A stretch of DNA of 64,000 nucleotides, taken from an uncultured delta proteobacterium. GTDB lineage: Bacteria > Desulfobacterota > RBG-13-43-22. The DNA is taken from contig CAWJJC010000017.1 of NCBI GenBank assembly GCA_963843145.1, positions 171,594 through 235,593 on the forward strand. Direction: 5' to 3'. The notes beneath the pieces were generated by a model. It searched no databases. It was given only the letters and a program-made list of their open reading frames with translations, and was not told the DNA's origin. Below, piece by piece: positions 10,018-20,057 of this stretch; position 1 is the stretch's first letter, and each line of letters starts with the position of its first letter. Both the position numbers and the translations under genes were made by a program.

Positions 10018-10788
10018 TTAATGTTTCCGTTTCCGGTGGTCCGGCTTCGTTTTGACGGCCTCCTGGGCTAAGGCCAAAAACTCCAAATCCTCGGTTTTCA
10101 ATGGCGCTTTAGCTAACAGTTCCGGCCGGACGGCCATGGTCCCGGCCAGCGATTCTTCGCGTCGCCAACGGCGAATCTGGGCATGGTTCCCGGTCAAGAG
10201 CATCTCGGGAACCTTATGGTTTTCAAAATTTCCGGGGCGGGTGTATTGGGGGTACTCCAACAGGTGGTCCTCGTAGGATTCCTGATCGATAGACTCCGAA
10301 CTCCCCAAAACCTCCGGTATCAGTCGCACCACCCCGTCCAGCATCACCAGGGCCGCCGGTTCCCCTCCGCTCAAGACGTAATCGCCGACGGAAATCTGGT
10401 CCTGGCAGTAATGGGCCCCTACCCGTTCATCCACCCCTTCATAACGGCCGCAGATCAAAACCAGTCGTCCTTGCGCCGCGATTTTTTTCAAAATCCCTTG
10501 ATCCAGGGGCCGCCCCCGAGGCGTCAACAGAATACTGTACGGCCGGCCGGGAGGAATCCCCTGGAGAAAAGTCAGGGCCCGCACGATCGGTTCCGGTTTC
10601 AAAACCATCCCCGGCCCACCCCCGAAAGGCCGATCATCCACGGTGCGATGTCGGTCGAGGGTAAACTCACGCAGATTAAAAATTCTGACCTGGACCAGAC
10701 CCTTTTCAATTCCCCGGTGGATCATCCCCTCCTGGAGGGGGGAGGCAAAATAACTCGGAGAAAGGGTCAGGATGTCAATGACCATCAA
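10018..10788 (-). CDS. trmD: tRNA m1G37 methyltransferase
   Basis: VDDRPFGGGPGM, CGRYEGVDER, GDYVLSGGE, YPQYTRP. Confidence 0.98.
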   Translation of the reverse strand: MMVIDILTLSPSYFASPLQEGMIHRGIEKGLVQVRIFNLREFTLDRHRTVDDRPFGGGPGMVLKPEPIVRALTFLQGIPPGRPYSILLTPRGRPLDQGILKKIAAQGRLVLICGRYEGVDERVGAHYCQDQISVGDYVLSGGEPAALVMLDGVVRLIPEVLGSSESIDQESYEDHLLEYPQYTRPGNFENHKVPEMLLTGNHAQIRRWRREESLAGTMAVRPELLAKAPLKTEDLEFLALAQEAVKTKPDHRKRKH

Positions 10789-11296
10789 CCTCCCACAATC
10801 CCTGTAGCGTCCGAACTTTTATCTCTCCCTCCCCTTGATCCACGGAAAGGATCACCTCGGCTACAGCCGGTATTAAATATTCTCTTCCCGGGGTCCTGGC
10901 CACCCAGACATCGTGAGCCGGCGTGGAGATCACCTCCTCCAAGCGGCCCAAAAACCGCCCTTCCTCGCTGACCACGCGCAAGCCGATCAATTGGTACCAG
11001 TAATACTCCCCCTCCGGGAGTTTCCCCAGGCTTTCTTCCCGCACATAAAGTGACCTCCCTACCAAGGCCTCCGCTGCCTGACGGTCTTCCACCCCTGTGA
11101 AACGAAGGATAAAATGGTGGTCGCCGGCCTTAGACTCGGAAATCACATAATCTGTCTGTTCTTCATCCTGCCGGACATAAATCCGGGCACCGGGCTTAAA
11201 ACTTTCCCCTGAAGCCGGATCGGCCTGAACCTTCAAATGTCCCCTCAGGCCGTGAGGTTTAGTGATCGCTCCGATCCAAAGAAACCCAGACCCCAT
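10775..11296 (-). CDS. rimM: Ribosome maturation factor
   Basis: KPHGLRG, EYYWYQLIG, LIPAV; gene order. Confidence 0.95.
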   Translation of the reverse strand: MGSGFLWIGAITKPHGLRGHLKVQADPASGESFKPGARIYVRQDEEQTDYVISESKAGDHHFILRFTGVEDRQAAEALVGRSLYVREESLGKLPEGEYYWYQLIGLRVVSEEGRFLGRLEEVISTPAHDVWVARTPGREYLIPAVAEVILSVDQGEGEIKVRTLQGLWEVDGH

Positions 11297-11309
11297 GGGG
11301 ATTAGAACA

Positions 11310-11540
11310 TCACTCGAGGATTTCCAACACGGAACGTTTCTTAATTTTGGTGGAAGCCGCACTTAGAATGGTTCGGATGGCCCGAGCGGTCCGCCCTTGC
11401 TTGCCGATGATTTTGCCCAGGTCTTCCTTGGCCACTTTCAATTCGAGGACCGAAGTCTGTTCCCCTTCAATCTCGTGAACTTCCACTTGATCCGGATTGT
11501 CAACCAAAGCCTTCGCAATATACTTTACCAGCTCTTTCAT
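11310..11540 (-). CDS. khpA: KH-domain RNA-binding protein
   Basis: [15 protein letters not shown]; lies between rpsP and rimM. Confidence 0.93.
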   Translation of the reverse strand: MKELVKYIAKALVDNPDQVEVHEIEGEQTSVLELKVAKEDLGKIIGKQGRTARAIRTILSAASTKIKKRSVLEILE

Positions 11541-11625
11541 GCCGCTACCTCCCGCAAGTGAATAAATCCTCCAGTCGCCAAATCCCGTTGCCGGATCTCC
11601 GGATTCAGAGCCCCTGGGCTTTGAT

Positions 11626-11880
11626 TTAAAGGGCTTCCTTTAGGACTCCAGACGACCGAATCAAGTTTTCCACGGTGGTACTGGGGCGGGCCCCTACGGA
11701 GAGCCATTTTTTCAAGCTCTCCGGTTTCCAGGAAATCTGGGCCGGATCGCTATTGGGATTATAAGTCCCCAGGATTTCAATAAACTTCCCGTCCCGCGGG
11801 GACTCGGCACTAGCCACCACCATGCGATAAAAGGGCTTCTTCTTAGCCCCCATGCGCGTTAACCGTATCCTTACCGCCAT
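11626..11880 (-). CDS. rpsP: 30S ribosomal protein S16
   Basis: [26 protein letters not shown]. Confidence 0.98.
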   Translation of the reverse strand: MAVRIRLTRMGAKKKPFYRMVVASAESPRDGKFIEILGTYNPNSDPAQISWKPESLKKWLSVGARPSTTVENLIRSSGVLKEAL

Positions 11881-11930
11881 ATCCGTTTCTCCTTCCCTTA
11901 TTTGCTCTCTATTGATTATATCGAATTCCA

Positions 11931-13262
11931 CTAAAAAGGCAAGAAACCTCTTTTCAGGCTCTTTTTGCCTCCCTTGGTAAATTGTTTAATCATCTTTTGT
12001 ACTTGTTCAAAATTCTTTATCAGTTTATTTACATCCTGGACCGTAGTACCGCTCCCTCGGGCAATCCGCCTTCGGCGGCTGCCGTTGAGCAGGTGATAAT
12101 TTTTGCGCTCCTCCGGGGTCATGGAATTGATCATGGCCTCGGTGAGGACCAATTCCTTCTCGTCGGGCTGAGCATCTTTCAAGGCCTTGACCCGATTAAA
12201 ACCGGGAATCATCTGCATGATCTGGTCCATAGACCCTATTTTCTTGATCTGGCGAAGCTGGTCCTTGAAATCCTCTAAGGTAAAACTCTCCTTCCGGATT
12301 TTCCGGGCCAGTTCATCGGCCTGTTTTTGATCGAACTGGGATTGCGCTTTTTCGATCAGCGAAAGCATGTCGCCCATACCCAGGATTCGGGAAGCCATGC
12401 GGTCCGGGTAAAAAGGCTCTAAGGCGTCTAATTTCTCCCCCACGCCGATAAACTTGATCGGTTTTTCGATGACCGCCTTGATGGACAGGGCGGCGCCTCC
12501 CCGGGCATCGCCCTCCATTTTGGTCAGGATGACCCCGGTCACCTCCAGGATTTCGTTGAACTTTTGGGCAACGTTGACGGCATCCTGGCCCGTCATGGCA
12601 TCGGCCACCAAAAGGATTTCATTGGGCCGGATCCGCTCTTTGATCCGCCTCAATTCATCCATCAGCCCCTGGTCGATATGCAACCGACCGGCGGTATCCA
12701 TAATCAGGGGATTCAAACCTTGCTGGCGAGCCCACTCCCAGGCTTGGGAACACAAATCCACCGGGTCCAGCTCCCGATGGGCAGGAAAAATCTCCACGCC
12801 GGCCATTTCCGCGACTTTCTGAAGCTGCTCCATCGCCGCCGGACGGTAGACATCGGCGGAGACCAGGGCCGGTCGAAAATTCTTCTGTTTTAACCACAGG
12901 GCCAGCTTGCCGGCGCTGGTGGTCTTTCCGGAGCCTTGCAGACCGACCAGCAGGATGGGAATCGGCGGGCGGCCGGCCAAATTCAAGTCCTGGCGCATCC
13001 CGCCCATTAAAACGGTCAATTCCTCCTGGACGATCTTGATGACCTGCTGAGCCGGGGTCAGGCTGCCGAGGACTTCCTGCCCCAGGGACCGTTGGCGGAC
13101 TTTTTCAATAAAATCCTTGGCGACCTTGTAATGGACGTCAGCCTCCAGCAAGGCCAGACGCACTTCCCGCAGGCCCTCTTTCATGTTGGCTTCAGTCAGC
13201 TTGCCCTGGCCCTTTAATTTCTTAAAGGTCAAGTTCAGCCGGTCACTAAGGGATTCGAACAT
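11931..13262 (-). CDS. ffh: Signal recognition particle protein
   Basis: GLQGSGKTT, DTAGR, RRIARGSG. Confidence 0.98.
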   Translation of the reverse strand: MFESLSDRLNLTFKKLKGQGKLTEANMKEGLREVRLALLEADVHYKVAKDFIEKVRQRSLGQEVLGSLTPAQQVIKIVQEELTVLMGGMRQDLNLAGRPPIPILLVGLQGSGKTTSAGKLALWLKQKNFRPALVSADVYRPAAMEQLQKVAEMAGVEIFPAHRELDPVDLCSQAWEWARQQGLNPLIMDTAGRLHIDQGLMDELRRIKERIRPNEILLVADAMTGQDAVNVAQKFNEILEVTGVILTKMEGDARGGAALSIKAVIEKPIKFIGVGEKLDALEPFYPDRMASRILGMGDMLSLIEKAQSQFDQKQADELARKIRKESFTLEDFKDQLRQIKKIGSMDQIMQMIPGFNRVKALKDAQPDEKELVLTEAMINSMTPEERKNYHLLNGSRRRRIARGSGTTVQDVNKLIKNFEQVQKMIKQFTKGGKKSLKRGFLPF

Positions 13263-13402
13263 GGTCTTACCTGAAAAATTAAAAATTTTAAATTTATTCT
13301 TATCTACTAATAATGTCAATAACTTTTTTTTAATCGCTCGCCGATCAATAAACAAATATCTTGACAAAAAAAATCCGGAAAGTTATTTTAATCATTTTCT
13401 CG

Positions 13403-13478
13403 GGGCCGTTAACTCAGGAGGTAGAGTATCTGCCTTTTAAGCAGAGAGTCGTTGGTTCGAATCCAACACGGCCCACCA
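13403..13478 (+). tRNA. tRNA-Lys(TTT)
   Basis: Cloverleaf GGGCCGT...ACGGCCC ACCA, anticodon loop CTTTTAA. Confidence 0.96.
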
Positions 13479-13485
13479 AGGAGAC

Positions 13486-13563
13486 GTCCCCATCGTCTAG
13501 CCTGGCCCAGGACACCGGCCTTTCACGCCGGCAACACGGGTTCAAATCCCGTTGGGGACGCCA
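13486..13563 (+). tRNA. tRNA-Glu(TTC)
   Basis: GTCCCCA...TGGGGAC GCCA, anticodon loop CTTTCAC. Confidence 0.96.
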
Positions 13564-13575
13564 AGAACTTTCCAG

Positions 13576-13606
13576 GGGTTGGCCTGCCGGGCCGACCCTT
13601 TTTTTT
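13576..13606 (+). terminator. Intrinsic terminator of the tRNA operon
   Basis: GGGTTGGCC-TGCCG-GGCCGACCC followed by a T run. Confidence 0.8.
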
Positions 13607-13698
13607 CCTTTTCCCTATATATGCTTTTACTGATATAGAGAAAAATGATATTGCCACGACCTTCCGGGTTGGATTCACAGCCCCGGGATTGGACCCCT

Positions 13699-14409
13699 AT
13701 GAAGCATCCAGGCCTCACGGTCACCTTCATCATAACGATCCTCTTGGCGGGTTTCAGCCACTCCCCGGCGAGTGAACCGCCCGAGACGAAGGTTCCTCGC
13801 CCCGAGAGAAGCCTCCTTTTCAGTCTCCAATACGGATGGCCGGCCCGGTATTTCTCGGACAAATTGTATTCCAACTTCAATACCTTCAGTTTCAATGCGG
13901 CCTTCGAAAAGGAATGCGGAGTCATCATTTTCCCGGCAGGTGGTCCTCTTTCGGAATCCCTGCTGCTGGAATTCAGGCTCTTGAAGATCTGGGGGAACGC
14001 TATCCCCCTTAATGACGATCAGGTTTCCGGCGAAAAACTAGCCCGGGCCAAACAGCAGGGACATGAGCCTACCGTCAACTGGGACACCTATCAGCTAGGC
14101 CTGACCCCTTTCTATCGGATCTATTACCCGATTACCAAGAACTTCAGGCCCTATTTCGAATTAGGGGCCGGGTTAACCTGGTTGCTGGAGGGGTTGATTG
14201 AAAATGGCACCCGCTGGAATTTTTCACTCTATTCCGGCCTGGGCACCGAATTCAGATGGGGAGGCCTCCCCCTTCACGCCTTTTTACGCCTGGAACATTT
14301 CAGCAACGGAATGAAGTATTGGCATCAGATGGGCCTGTCGGACCAAAGGTTGATCGGCCCGGAAACCCTGGTCCTGGGGCTGGGAATCCGTTATCCGTTG
14401 GATATATGA
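13699..14409 (+). CDS. Acyloxyacyl hydrolase / PagL-like outer-membrane beta-barrel
   Basis: Signal peptide, RPYFELGAG, RLEHFSNG (HxSN catalytic motif). Confidence 0.75.
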   Translation: MKHPGLTVTFIITILLAGFSHSPASEPPETKVPRPERSLLFSLQYGWPARYFSDKLYSNFNTFSFNAAFEKECGVIIFPAGGPLSESLLLEFRLLKIWGNAIPLNDDQVSGEKLARAKQQGHEPTVNWDTYQLGLTPFYRIYYPITKNFRPYFELGAGLTWLLEGLIENGTRWNFSLYSGLGTEFRWGGLPLHAFLRLEHFSNGMKYWHQMGLSDQRLIGPETLVLGLGIRYPLDI

Positions 14410-14458
14410 TGCTCCCCGGCCGCTGGAACTCTACTGAAAGGGCCCCTTCCCTCTCCCC

Positions 14459-15172
14459 ATGAACCGATTTCTGCTTCACCTGGTCTTATCCTTTCCGCTG
14501 TTGCTAGCCCTCCTCGCCCCCGGGCAAGGCTGGTGCGTCTCCAGGGAACTCGACGAATCGAGTCTGAAGGGGAAAAGCCTCTTGGTCCAATTCCAGTCCG
14601 GCTGGCCGGTTCAGTTGGTCTCTGACATCCTCTATGAAAACACCCGGGTGAACAGCCTGAGCATTGGTTTGGAGAATGAACTGGCCTCCTGGGTGTTCCT
14701 AAGAAAAATCAGACTGATCGGATCCTTGTTGACCGAACTGCGCCTCTCCAAAATCTACGGTCGGGAGGTGCCTCTCTCCCGGGATCAGGTCTCAGCCCAG
14801 GAATGGCTCCAGGCCCAAAAAGAGGGCCGCCGGCCGACCACGAATTGGGACCTGTTTCAGATCGGACTTACACCCGTTTATCGCGTCTATCTTCCCCTGT
14901 CTAAAGATCTTCGCCCCTTTCTGGAAGCCGGCATCGGGTTCACCTACCTGCAGGATGTCCTGATCAAAGAAGGGACGTCCTGGAATTTTCTGCTGCTCCT
15001 GGGGATTGGTTCGGACTTGAAATTATGTGATTGTCTGCCGGTCAGTGTCACTTTGCGCCTGGAGCATTTCAGCAATGGCGGGAAAATCGGGGGAGATTGG
15101 GGTATTACCGACAAACGGGTCATCGGCCCGGAAACGATGGCCCTGGGATTGGGGGTCCGGATCCCGTTCTAA
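14459..15172 (+). CDS. Acyloxyacyl hydrolase / PagL-like paralog
   Basis: RPFLEAGIG, RLEHFSNGG, C-terminal Phe; clearly similar to the upstream gene. Confidence 0.75.
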   Translation: MNRFLLHLVLSFPLLLALLAPGQGWCVSRELDESSLKGKSLLVQFQSGWPVQLVSDILYENTRVNSLSIGLENELASWVFLRKIRLIGSLLTELRLSKIYGREVPLSRDQVSAQEWLQAQKEGRRPTTNWDLFQIGLTPVYRVYLPLSKDLRPFLEAGIGFTYLQDVLIKEGTSWNFLLLLGIGSDLKLCDCLPVSVTLRLEHFSNGGKIGGDWGITDKRVIGPETMALGLGVRIPF

Positions 15173-15280
15173 ATGAAACGCCTCCTCCCCGGAGGCGGAC
15201 AGGAATTTACATCAATCACCGATGACCACGGCGTCGTTGATGTAGTCAGGTAATAAATGAGGACGGAAAGGAGAAAAGAT

Positions 15281-16129
15281 ATGAGTGGACGACTAATGGG
15301 GAAGACGGCGATTATTACCGGAGGGACGAGCGGCATCGGACGGCGAAGCGTTGAAATTTTTGCCCGGGAGGGGGCCTCCGTTCTCATCGCTGCCCGGCGG
15401 GAAAAGGAAGGAAGAGAACTGGCGGAGGCTTTGGGCCCCCGGGTAGATTTCCTGAAGACCGACGTTTCCAGGGAGGCCGAGGTAAAGGCCATGATCGATT
15501 TCGCCGTGAAGCGCTTCGGGCGTTTGGACTGCCTCTTCAATAACGCCGGTTGTCCGGCCCCGGTGGGGGGAATCGCCACCATCCCTTTGGACAAGTATGA
15601 GGCTGCCCTGTCGGTCCTTCTGGGCGGGGTCATGCTGGGAATGAAACATGCCGCGCCGGTCATGCGAGCCCAGGGTTCAGGCAGCATCATTAATAACGGC
15701 AGCGTCGCCGGTGTCCTGGCCGGATATTCCTCGTCGATGATTTACTCGGCGGCCAAGGCGGCCGTTATCCATCTGACGAAATGCGTAGCCATGGAGCTGG
15801 GAGAGAGAAACATCCGGGTCAACTGCATCTCACCCGGAGGCATTGCCACCGGCATTTTCGGCAAAGCCCTTGGCTTGCCGACAGAGGAAGCCGAGCAAAA
15901 CGTCGAAGCCATCCAACAGGCCTTGGCGGCCATGCAGCCCATTCGTCGTGCCGGTCTACCGGAGGATATCGCTCTGGCAGCCGTTTTTCTCGCTTCGGAC
16001 GAATCAACCTTTGTCAACGGCCATAACCTGGTAGTGGACGGCGGTCTGATCGGAGGACGGCACTGGTCGGTGCAACAACAAGGATTGAATCTAATGCGGG
16101 CGGGCTTTGGTATAAAGGTCGAAAGCTGA
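15281..16129 (+). CDS. SDR family oxidoreductase
   Basis: TGGTSGIG, NNAG, YSAAK. Confidence 0.93.
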   Translation: MSGRLMGKTAIITGGTSGIGRRSVEIFAREGASVLIAARREKEGRELAEALGPRVDFLKTDVSREAEVKAMIDFAVKRFGRLDCLFNNAGCPAPVGGIATIPLDKYEAALSVLLGGVMLGMKHAAPVMRAQGSGSIINNGSVAGVLAGYSSSMIYSAAKAAVIHLTKCVAMELGERNIRVNCISPGGIATGIFGKALGLPTEEAEQNVEAIQQALAAMQPIRRAGLPEDIALAAVFLASDESTFVNGHNLVVDGGLIGGRHWSVQQQGLNLMRAGFGIKVES

Positions 16130-16146
16130 TCTGTTTTCCCCTTCCC

Positions 16147-18024
16147 TTAACCCAAAATCAGTTGATACCGGACGGTATACCGGGCCAGGATTTCGGCCAC
16201 CTTTTCCCTGATGGTCTCTTCCGACACCCCGGCCGCAGGGGTAATGGTTATTGTGGCCAGGGATCCATGGACCTTGTCCTCGGCCACTTTGACTACGGTA
16301 TGGTCTGCCAGTCCCTGCAGGGTGGAAAGTTGCTCCGCGTACACCTTTCGGATACTCTCCCAGCGAAGTGCCGGCTTAAAAATCTTGCCCACCGGAGTGA
16401 GGGGAATCTGGGGGACCACAAAGACTTGCTTAGGTATGGCTGCCCGTTCACCCATCTCCTTACGGAGATATTCCAATATTTCGCCTTCGGTGATAGTCGC
16501 TCCATCCTTGAGTTCCACGAAGGCTACCGGGATTTCGCCGGCGTGGGGATCGGGGCTGCCCACCGCCGCAGCCATCTTCACCTCGGGAAGTCGATACAGG
16601 GGTTCTTCAATAACCGCCGGATCGATATTGTGCCCCCCCCGGATGATAAGTTCTTTTCTGCGCCCGGTCAGCCAGAAATAGCCGTCCTGGTCCTGCCTTC
16701 CCAGGTCCCCGGTATTGAACCATTCCGGAAGGGGCCAGATGCGGCGGTTCTGGGCCTCATCCAGATAGCCCCGGAATACATTCGGGCCCTTAAGGCAAAC
16801 GCCGCCGATCTCATCGGCCTCGGCCTCTCTCACAAACGTTCCTTCTTCATCCACGATCAAGACCTTCATCTCCTGATAGGGAAGCCTCAGGCCGATGGAA
16901 CCGATCTTCCGCTCCCCATGAAAGGGGTTCACGGATGAAACACAGGTCCCTTCGGTAAGGCCGTAGCCCTCGATGATCTTCATGCCGCTGTGGGCCTCAA
17001 ATCGCCTGAAGAGCTCCACGGATAGCGGGGCCGCCCCGCAGACCAGATAGCGAAGGGAAGATATGTCCGAATCCCCCTTGGGTATATCGAGAAGCACCGA
17101 CAGAATCGTCGGCACGGCCGAGAAGGAAACCGCCCGGTAGTGTTCGACAATCTTGTAGAAGTTTTTTATAACCGCCGGGTCTCGATAGCCGCGCGGCCCA
17201 AGGATCACCACATGGGCCCCGATGGAGAAAGGGAACGATCCGGTCACGGTGGTGCCGTTGACATGGAAAAGGGGCAGCCCGCACAGGGTCACCTCCCCGG
17301 CGTACAGTTCGGCTCCCAGGGCTACCATCAAGGGCATGACCGCTTCATTATAATGGGTGTGGGGAGCCAGCTTCGGGGTGCCGGTGGTCCCCCCGGTGTG
17401 ATACATGGAGGCGATGTCCTCGGGGTTAATCAGGCGATCGGAATCCAGTCCATCCTCCCGGTAACGGGGGAGAAGCTCTTCAAAGCTATAAATCCCTTCC
17501 TTTTCATCCCCGGGCCCCATGATCCGGACCACAGCCTTGAGTCCCGGGAGGTCCTTCCGGATTAAGGAGACCTTCTGCCAGATGTCCGCTCCCGGAAACT
17601 CGCCCAGGGCCACCAGGACCTTGGTATTGGCCGCTTGACAGATTTCACGAATGGTAAAGGGCTCCAGCAGGGAATTGATCGGGTTGACGATCCCGGCGGC
17701 CTCTCCCCCCCAAAGCACAAAATGGGTCTCCGGCAGGTTGGGAAGGAGATAGGAGATAACGTCCCCCGAACGGATCCCCAGGTCGTGAAAGAGGTTGGCT
17801 GCCTGGGTCACCCTGGAGATTAATTCCCGGTAATTGATCTGCCGGGGAGAAGCATAGTCTTCCCCTTTGGAGAAAAAGCTGATGGCCGGGGCTTCCGGAT
17901 TGATCCCTGCGCCCTGCTTCAGCAGATCATAGGTATTGGTGGCCTTGATCCTTTCCTTTAGGGGGGTCTTCTCAATGGCCCCAAGGTCTGCGATTGTTCG
18001 CACCCTAATTTTTTCTATCGACAT
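16147..18024 (-). CDS. Acyl-CoA synthetase (AMP-binding)
   Basis: HTGGTTGTPK, EGYGLTE, TGDLG, GKIFKP. Confidence 0.93.
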   Translation of the reverse strand: MSIEKIRVRTIADLGAIEKTPLKERIKATNTYDLLKQGAGINPEAPAISFFSKGEDYASPRQINYRELISRVTQAANLFHDLGIRSGDVISYLLPNLPETHFVLWGGEAAGIVNPINSLLEPFTIREICQAANTKVLVALGEFPGADIWQKVSLIRKDLPGLKAVVRIMGPGDEKEGIYSFEELLPRYREDGLDSDRLINPEDIASMYHTGGTTGTPKLAPHTHYNEAVMPLMVALGAELYAGEVTLCGLPLFHVNGTTVTGSFPFSIGAHVVILGPRGYRDPAVIKNFYKIVEHYRAVSFSAVPTILSVLLDIPKGDSDISSLRYLVCGAAPLSVELFRRFEAHSGMKIIEGYGLTEGTCVSSVNPFHGERKIGSIGLRLPYQEMKVLIVDEEGTFVREAEADEIGGVCLKGPNVFRGYLDEAQNRRIWPLPEWFNTGDLGRQDQDGYFWLTGRRKELIIRGGHNIDPAVIEEPLYRLPEVKMAAAVGSPDPHAGEIPVAFVELKDGATITEGEILEYLRKEMGERAAIPKQVFVVPQIPLTPVGKIFKPALRWESIRKVYAEQLSTLQGLADHTVVKVAEDKVHGSLATITITPAAGVSEETIREKVAEILARYTVRYQLILG

Positions 18025-18174
18025 GTTCAAATTTCTCCAAAAAGGGAAAAGGCTATTTGCCCGGGAAAAGGTCTCCGGGATTATCCACTATCATGGTTTT
18101 GATCAGAAAACCTGGTCACTTGGGCTGCCTCCGCGATAACCGTCCTTGACCAGTGGATTGACTTTTTACGGAAA

Positions 18175-18402
18175 TATACGGAAGACAAAACGCTGCTCAT
18201 GGTCGAGCACGACATGAGCGTGGTCTTTGATCTGGCGGATCGCATTTCGGTGCTGGTCTATGGGGAACTGGTGGCCACGGATACCCCCGGTAACATTCGC
18301 AGCAACGTCCAGGTTCAAGAAGCCTATCTGGAAAAGGAGCTGGCCTAAACGCTGGAGATAAAAGACCTGCACGCCTATTACGGCCGCAGCCACATTCTTC
18401 AA
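18175..18402 (+). pseudogene. Relic of a branched-chain amino-acid ABC ATPase junction (LivG C-terminus + LivF N-terminus)
   Basis: Reads TLLMVEHDMSVVFDLADRISVLVYG...VQEAYLEKELA* then LEIKDLHAYYGRSHILQ. Confidence 0.8.
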
Positions 18403-18408
18403 GTGGAA

Positions 18409-18801
18409 TTATGGGGTGGGGTCGGGTTTGCTTTTGGTGCCCAGGCGATCGACCACTTTTTCAAAGTAGACCTGGTCCTCTTCAAACTGCGGAGAAACCT
18501 TGCGCATCATGTTCAGCTTCATGATCATGAAATTGAGCCGCTTCATCTGCTTGTATTTCTCTTCCACATCCTCAATTCCCCGGAGCATTTCTTCCAGCCG
18601 GACGATGTCCTTTTTCAGTTCCAGTTCCGGGGGGAGGCAGTCGGCATTCTTCAGGATTTTATAGGCCAACCGCAATTCCTCCGGGACCTGGCTGTCGTCT
18701 TCCAGTTGCAAGGGCCGGCCCTTACCGGGGAGGTTGTCCAACTCCCCCCTGCGCAGGGCCTCCTGAATTTTACGTTCGGCGATGAAATTAGGCAGAATCA
18801 T
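18409..18801 (-). CDS. DUF1992 / DnaJ-C28-like protein
   Basis: IAERKIQEA..RGELDNLPGKGRPL, LAYKILKNA. Confidence 0.85.
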   Translation of the reverse strand: MILPNFIAERKIQEALRRGELDNLPGKGRPLQLEDDSQVPEELRLAYKILKNADCLPPELELKKDIVRLEEMLRGIEDVEEKYKQMKRLNFMIMKLNMMRKVSPQFEEDQVYFEKVVDRLGTKSKPDPTP

Positions 18802-18904
18802 AATGAACGAAGATCGCTAAACACGAGAATGAAGCGGATTTTACCAGCGTTTCTCGGAAAAATCAATACCGATTCACCACTACGAATCATGAAAAATGAT
18901 TTCT

Positions 18905-18937
18905 CGTCATCCCCGAAGGCCTTTATCGGGGATCCAG
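18905..18937. repeat. GTC-tagged palindromic REP-like repeat
   Basis: CGTCATCCCCGAAGGCCTTTATCGGGGATCCAG; related units at 40074, 40260, 47301, 47633, 49495, 52200. Confidence 0.7.
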
Positions 18938-18960
18938 TGTTCCTTAAGAGTGGTTAGATT

Positions 18961-19947
18961 CTAACCGCCGATTTTGGACATCTGCCGCTGGCAGCGGCCG
19001 GGAACCGAGGCGGTCTGATGGGGATGTTCTTTCGGCTTACGGGCGATGGCTTGTTGAATGATGTTTTCCAACTGCGCGTCGGAGGCCCCCTGCCGCAGGG
19101 ATTCCCGGAGATCGGTCTCGTCGTCGGAAAAAATACAGGTTCGGAGCTTTCCATCGGCGGTCAGGCGCAACCGATTGCAGGACGGGCAGAAATGATGACT
19201 GATGGGGCTGATCAGCCCGATTTCGCCTCGGGCCCCGGAATACTTCCAGCGTCGGGCGGGACCATCCAACCCGTGGCCGTTCAAGGGCTCCAACGCGCCC
19301 TGGGTTTGAAGGCGGTCCAGGATTTGATCTCCCGGCAGGAATCGCTCCGTCTGGCAGCCGGTCTCCGGTCCCACGGGCATAAACTCAATGAAACGGATAT
19401 GATACGGTTTTTCCCGGGAGAGGCGGCCAAAGGCCGGGATCTCGTCGTCGTTGATTCCTTTCAAAGCGACCACGTTGATCTTGATCGGCTGGAAACCGAC
19501 GGCTTCGGCGGCCAGGATCCCCTGCCAGACCTGGTGGAAAAAGTCCTGTCGGGTAATTCGGGCGTACCGGCGGGGATCGAGGGAATCGAGGCTGATATTG
19601 ACCCGGCGGATCCCGGCCTCCCAGATGGCCTGGGCCTGTTCGGCCAGCAGGACCCCATTGGTGGTCAGGCTGATGTCCTTTATCCCCGGGATCCGGGCCA
19701 GTTCCGCGATAAAAGGGATCACGCCCCTACGGGCCAAAGGTTCTCCGCCGGTCAGGCGGATCTTTTCGATGCCCAGGCGGACGCTTAACCGGGCCAAACG
19801 CAGGAACTCTTCGTAGCTGAGGATATCCTCGTGGGCCAGCTTGGGCACTCCCCCCTCCGGCATGCAATAGAGACAGCGCAGGTTGCACCGGTCGGTGAGG
19901 GAGAGGCGTAGATAATTGATACGGCGATTAAAGGGATCTAATAGCAT
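18961..19947 (-). CDS. moaA: GTP 3',8-cyclase
   Basis: CNLRCLYC, CPSCNRLR, C-terminal MSKIGG. Confidence 0.97.
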   Translation of the reverse strand: MLLDPFNRRINYLRLSLTDRCNLRCLYCMPEGGVPKLAHEDILSYEEFLRLARLSVRLGIEKIRLTGGEPLARRGVIPFIAELARIPGIKDISLTTNGVLLAEQAQAIWEAGIRRVNISLDSLDPRRYARITRQDFFHQVWQGILAAEAVGFQPIKINVVALKGINDDEIPAFGRLSREKPYHIRFIEFMPVGPETGCQTERFLPGDQILDRLQTQGALEPLNGHGLDGPARRWKYSGARGEIGLISPISHHFCPSCNRLRLTADGKLRTCIFSDDETDLRESLRQGASDAQLENIIQQAIARKPKEHPHQTASVPGRCQRQMSKIGG

Positions 19948-20057
19948 AGGCGCTTATTGGTTGCATAAATATGTCTTTTTTTACATAATATCCATTTATA
20001 GAAACTCTGTCAACCGCTGTTGCTGGTTTCGCGGATCTAGAGGAAACGGAACAAACC

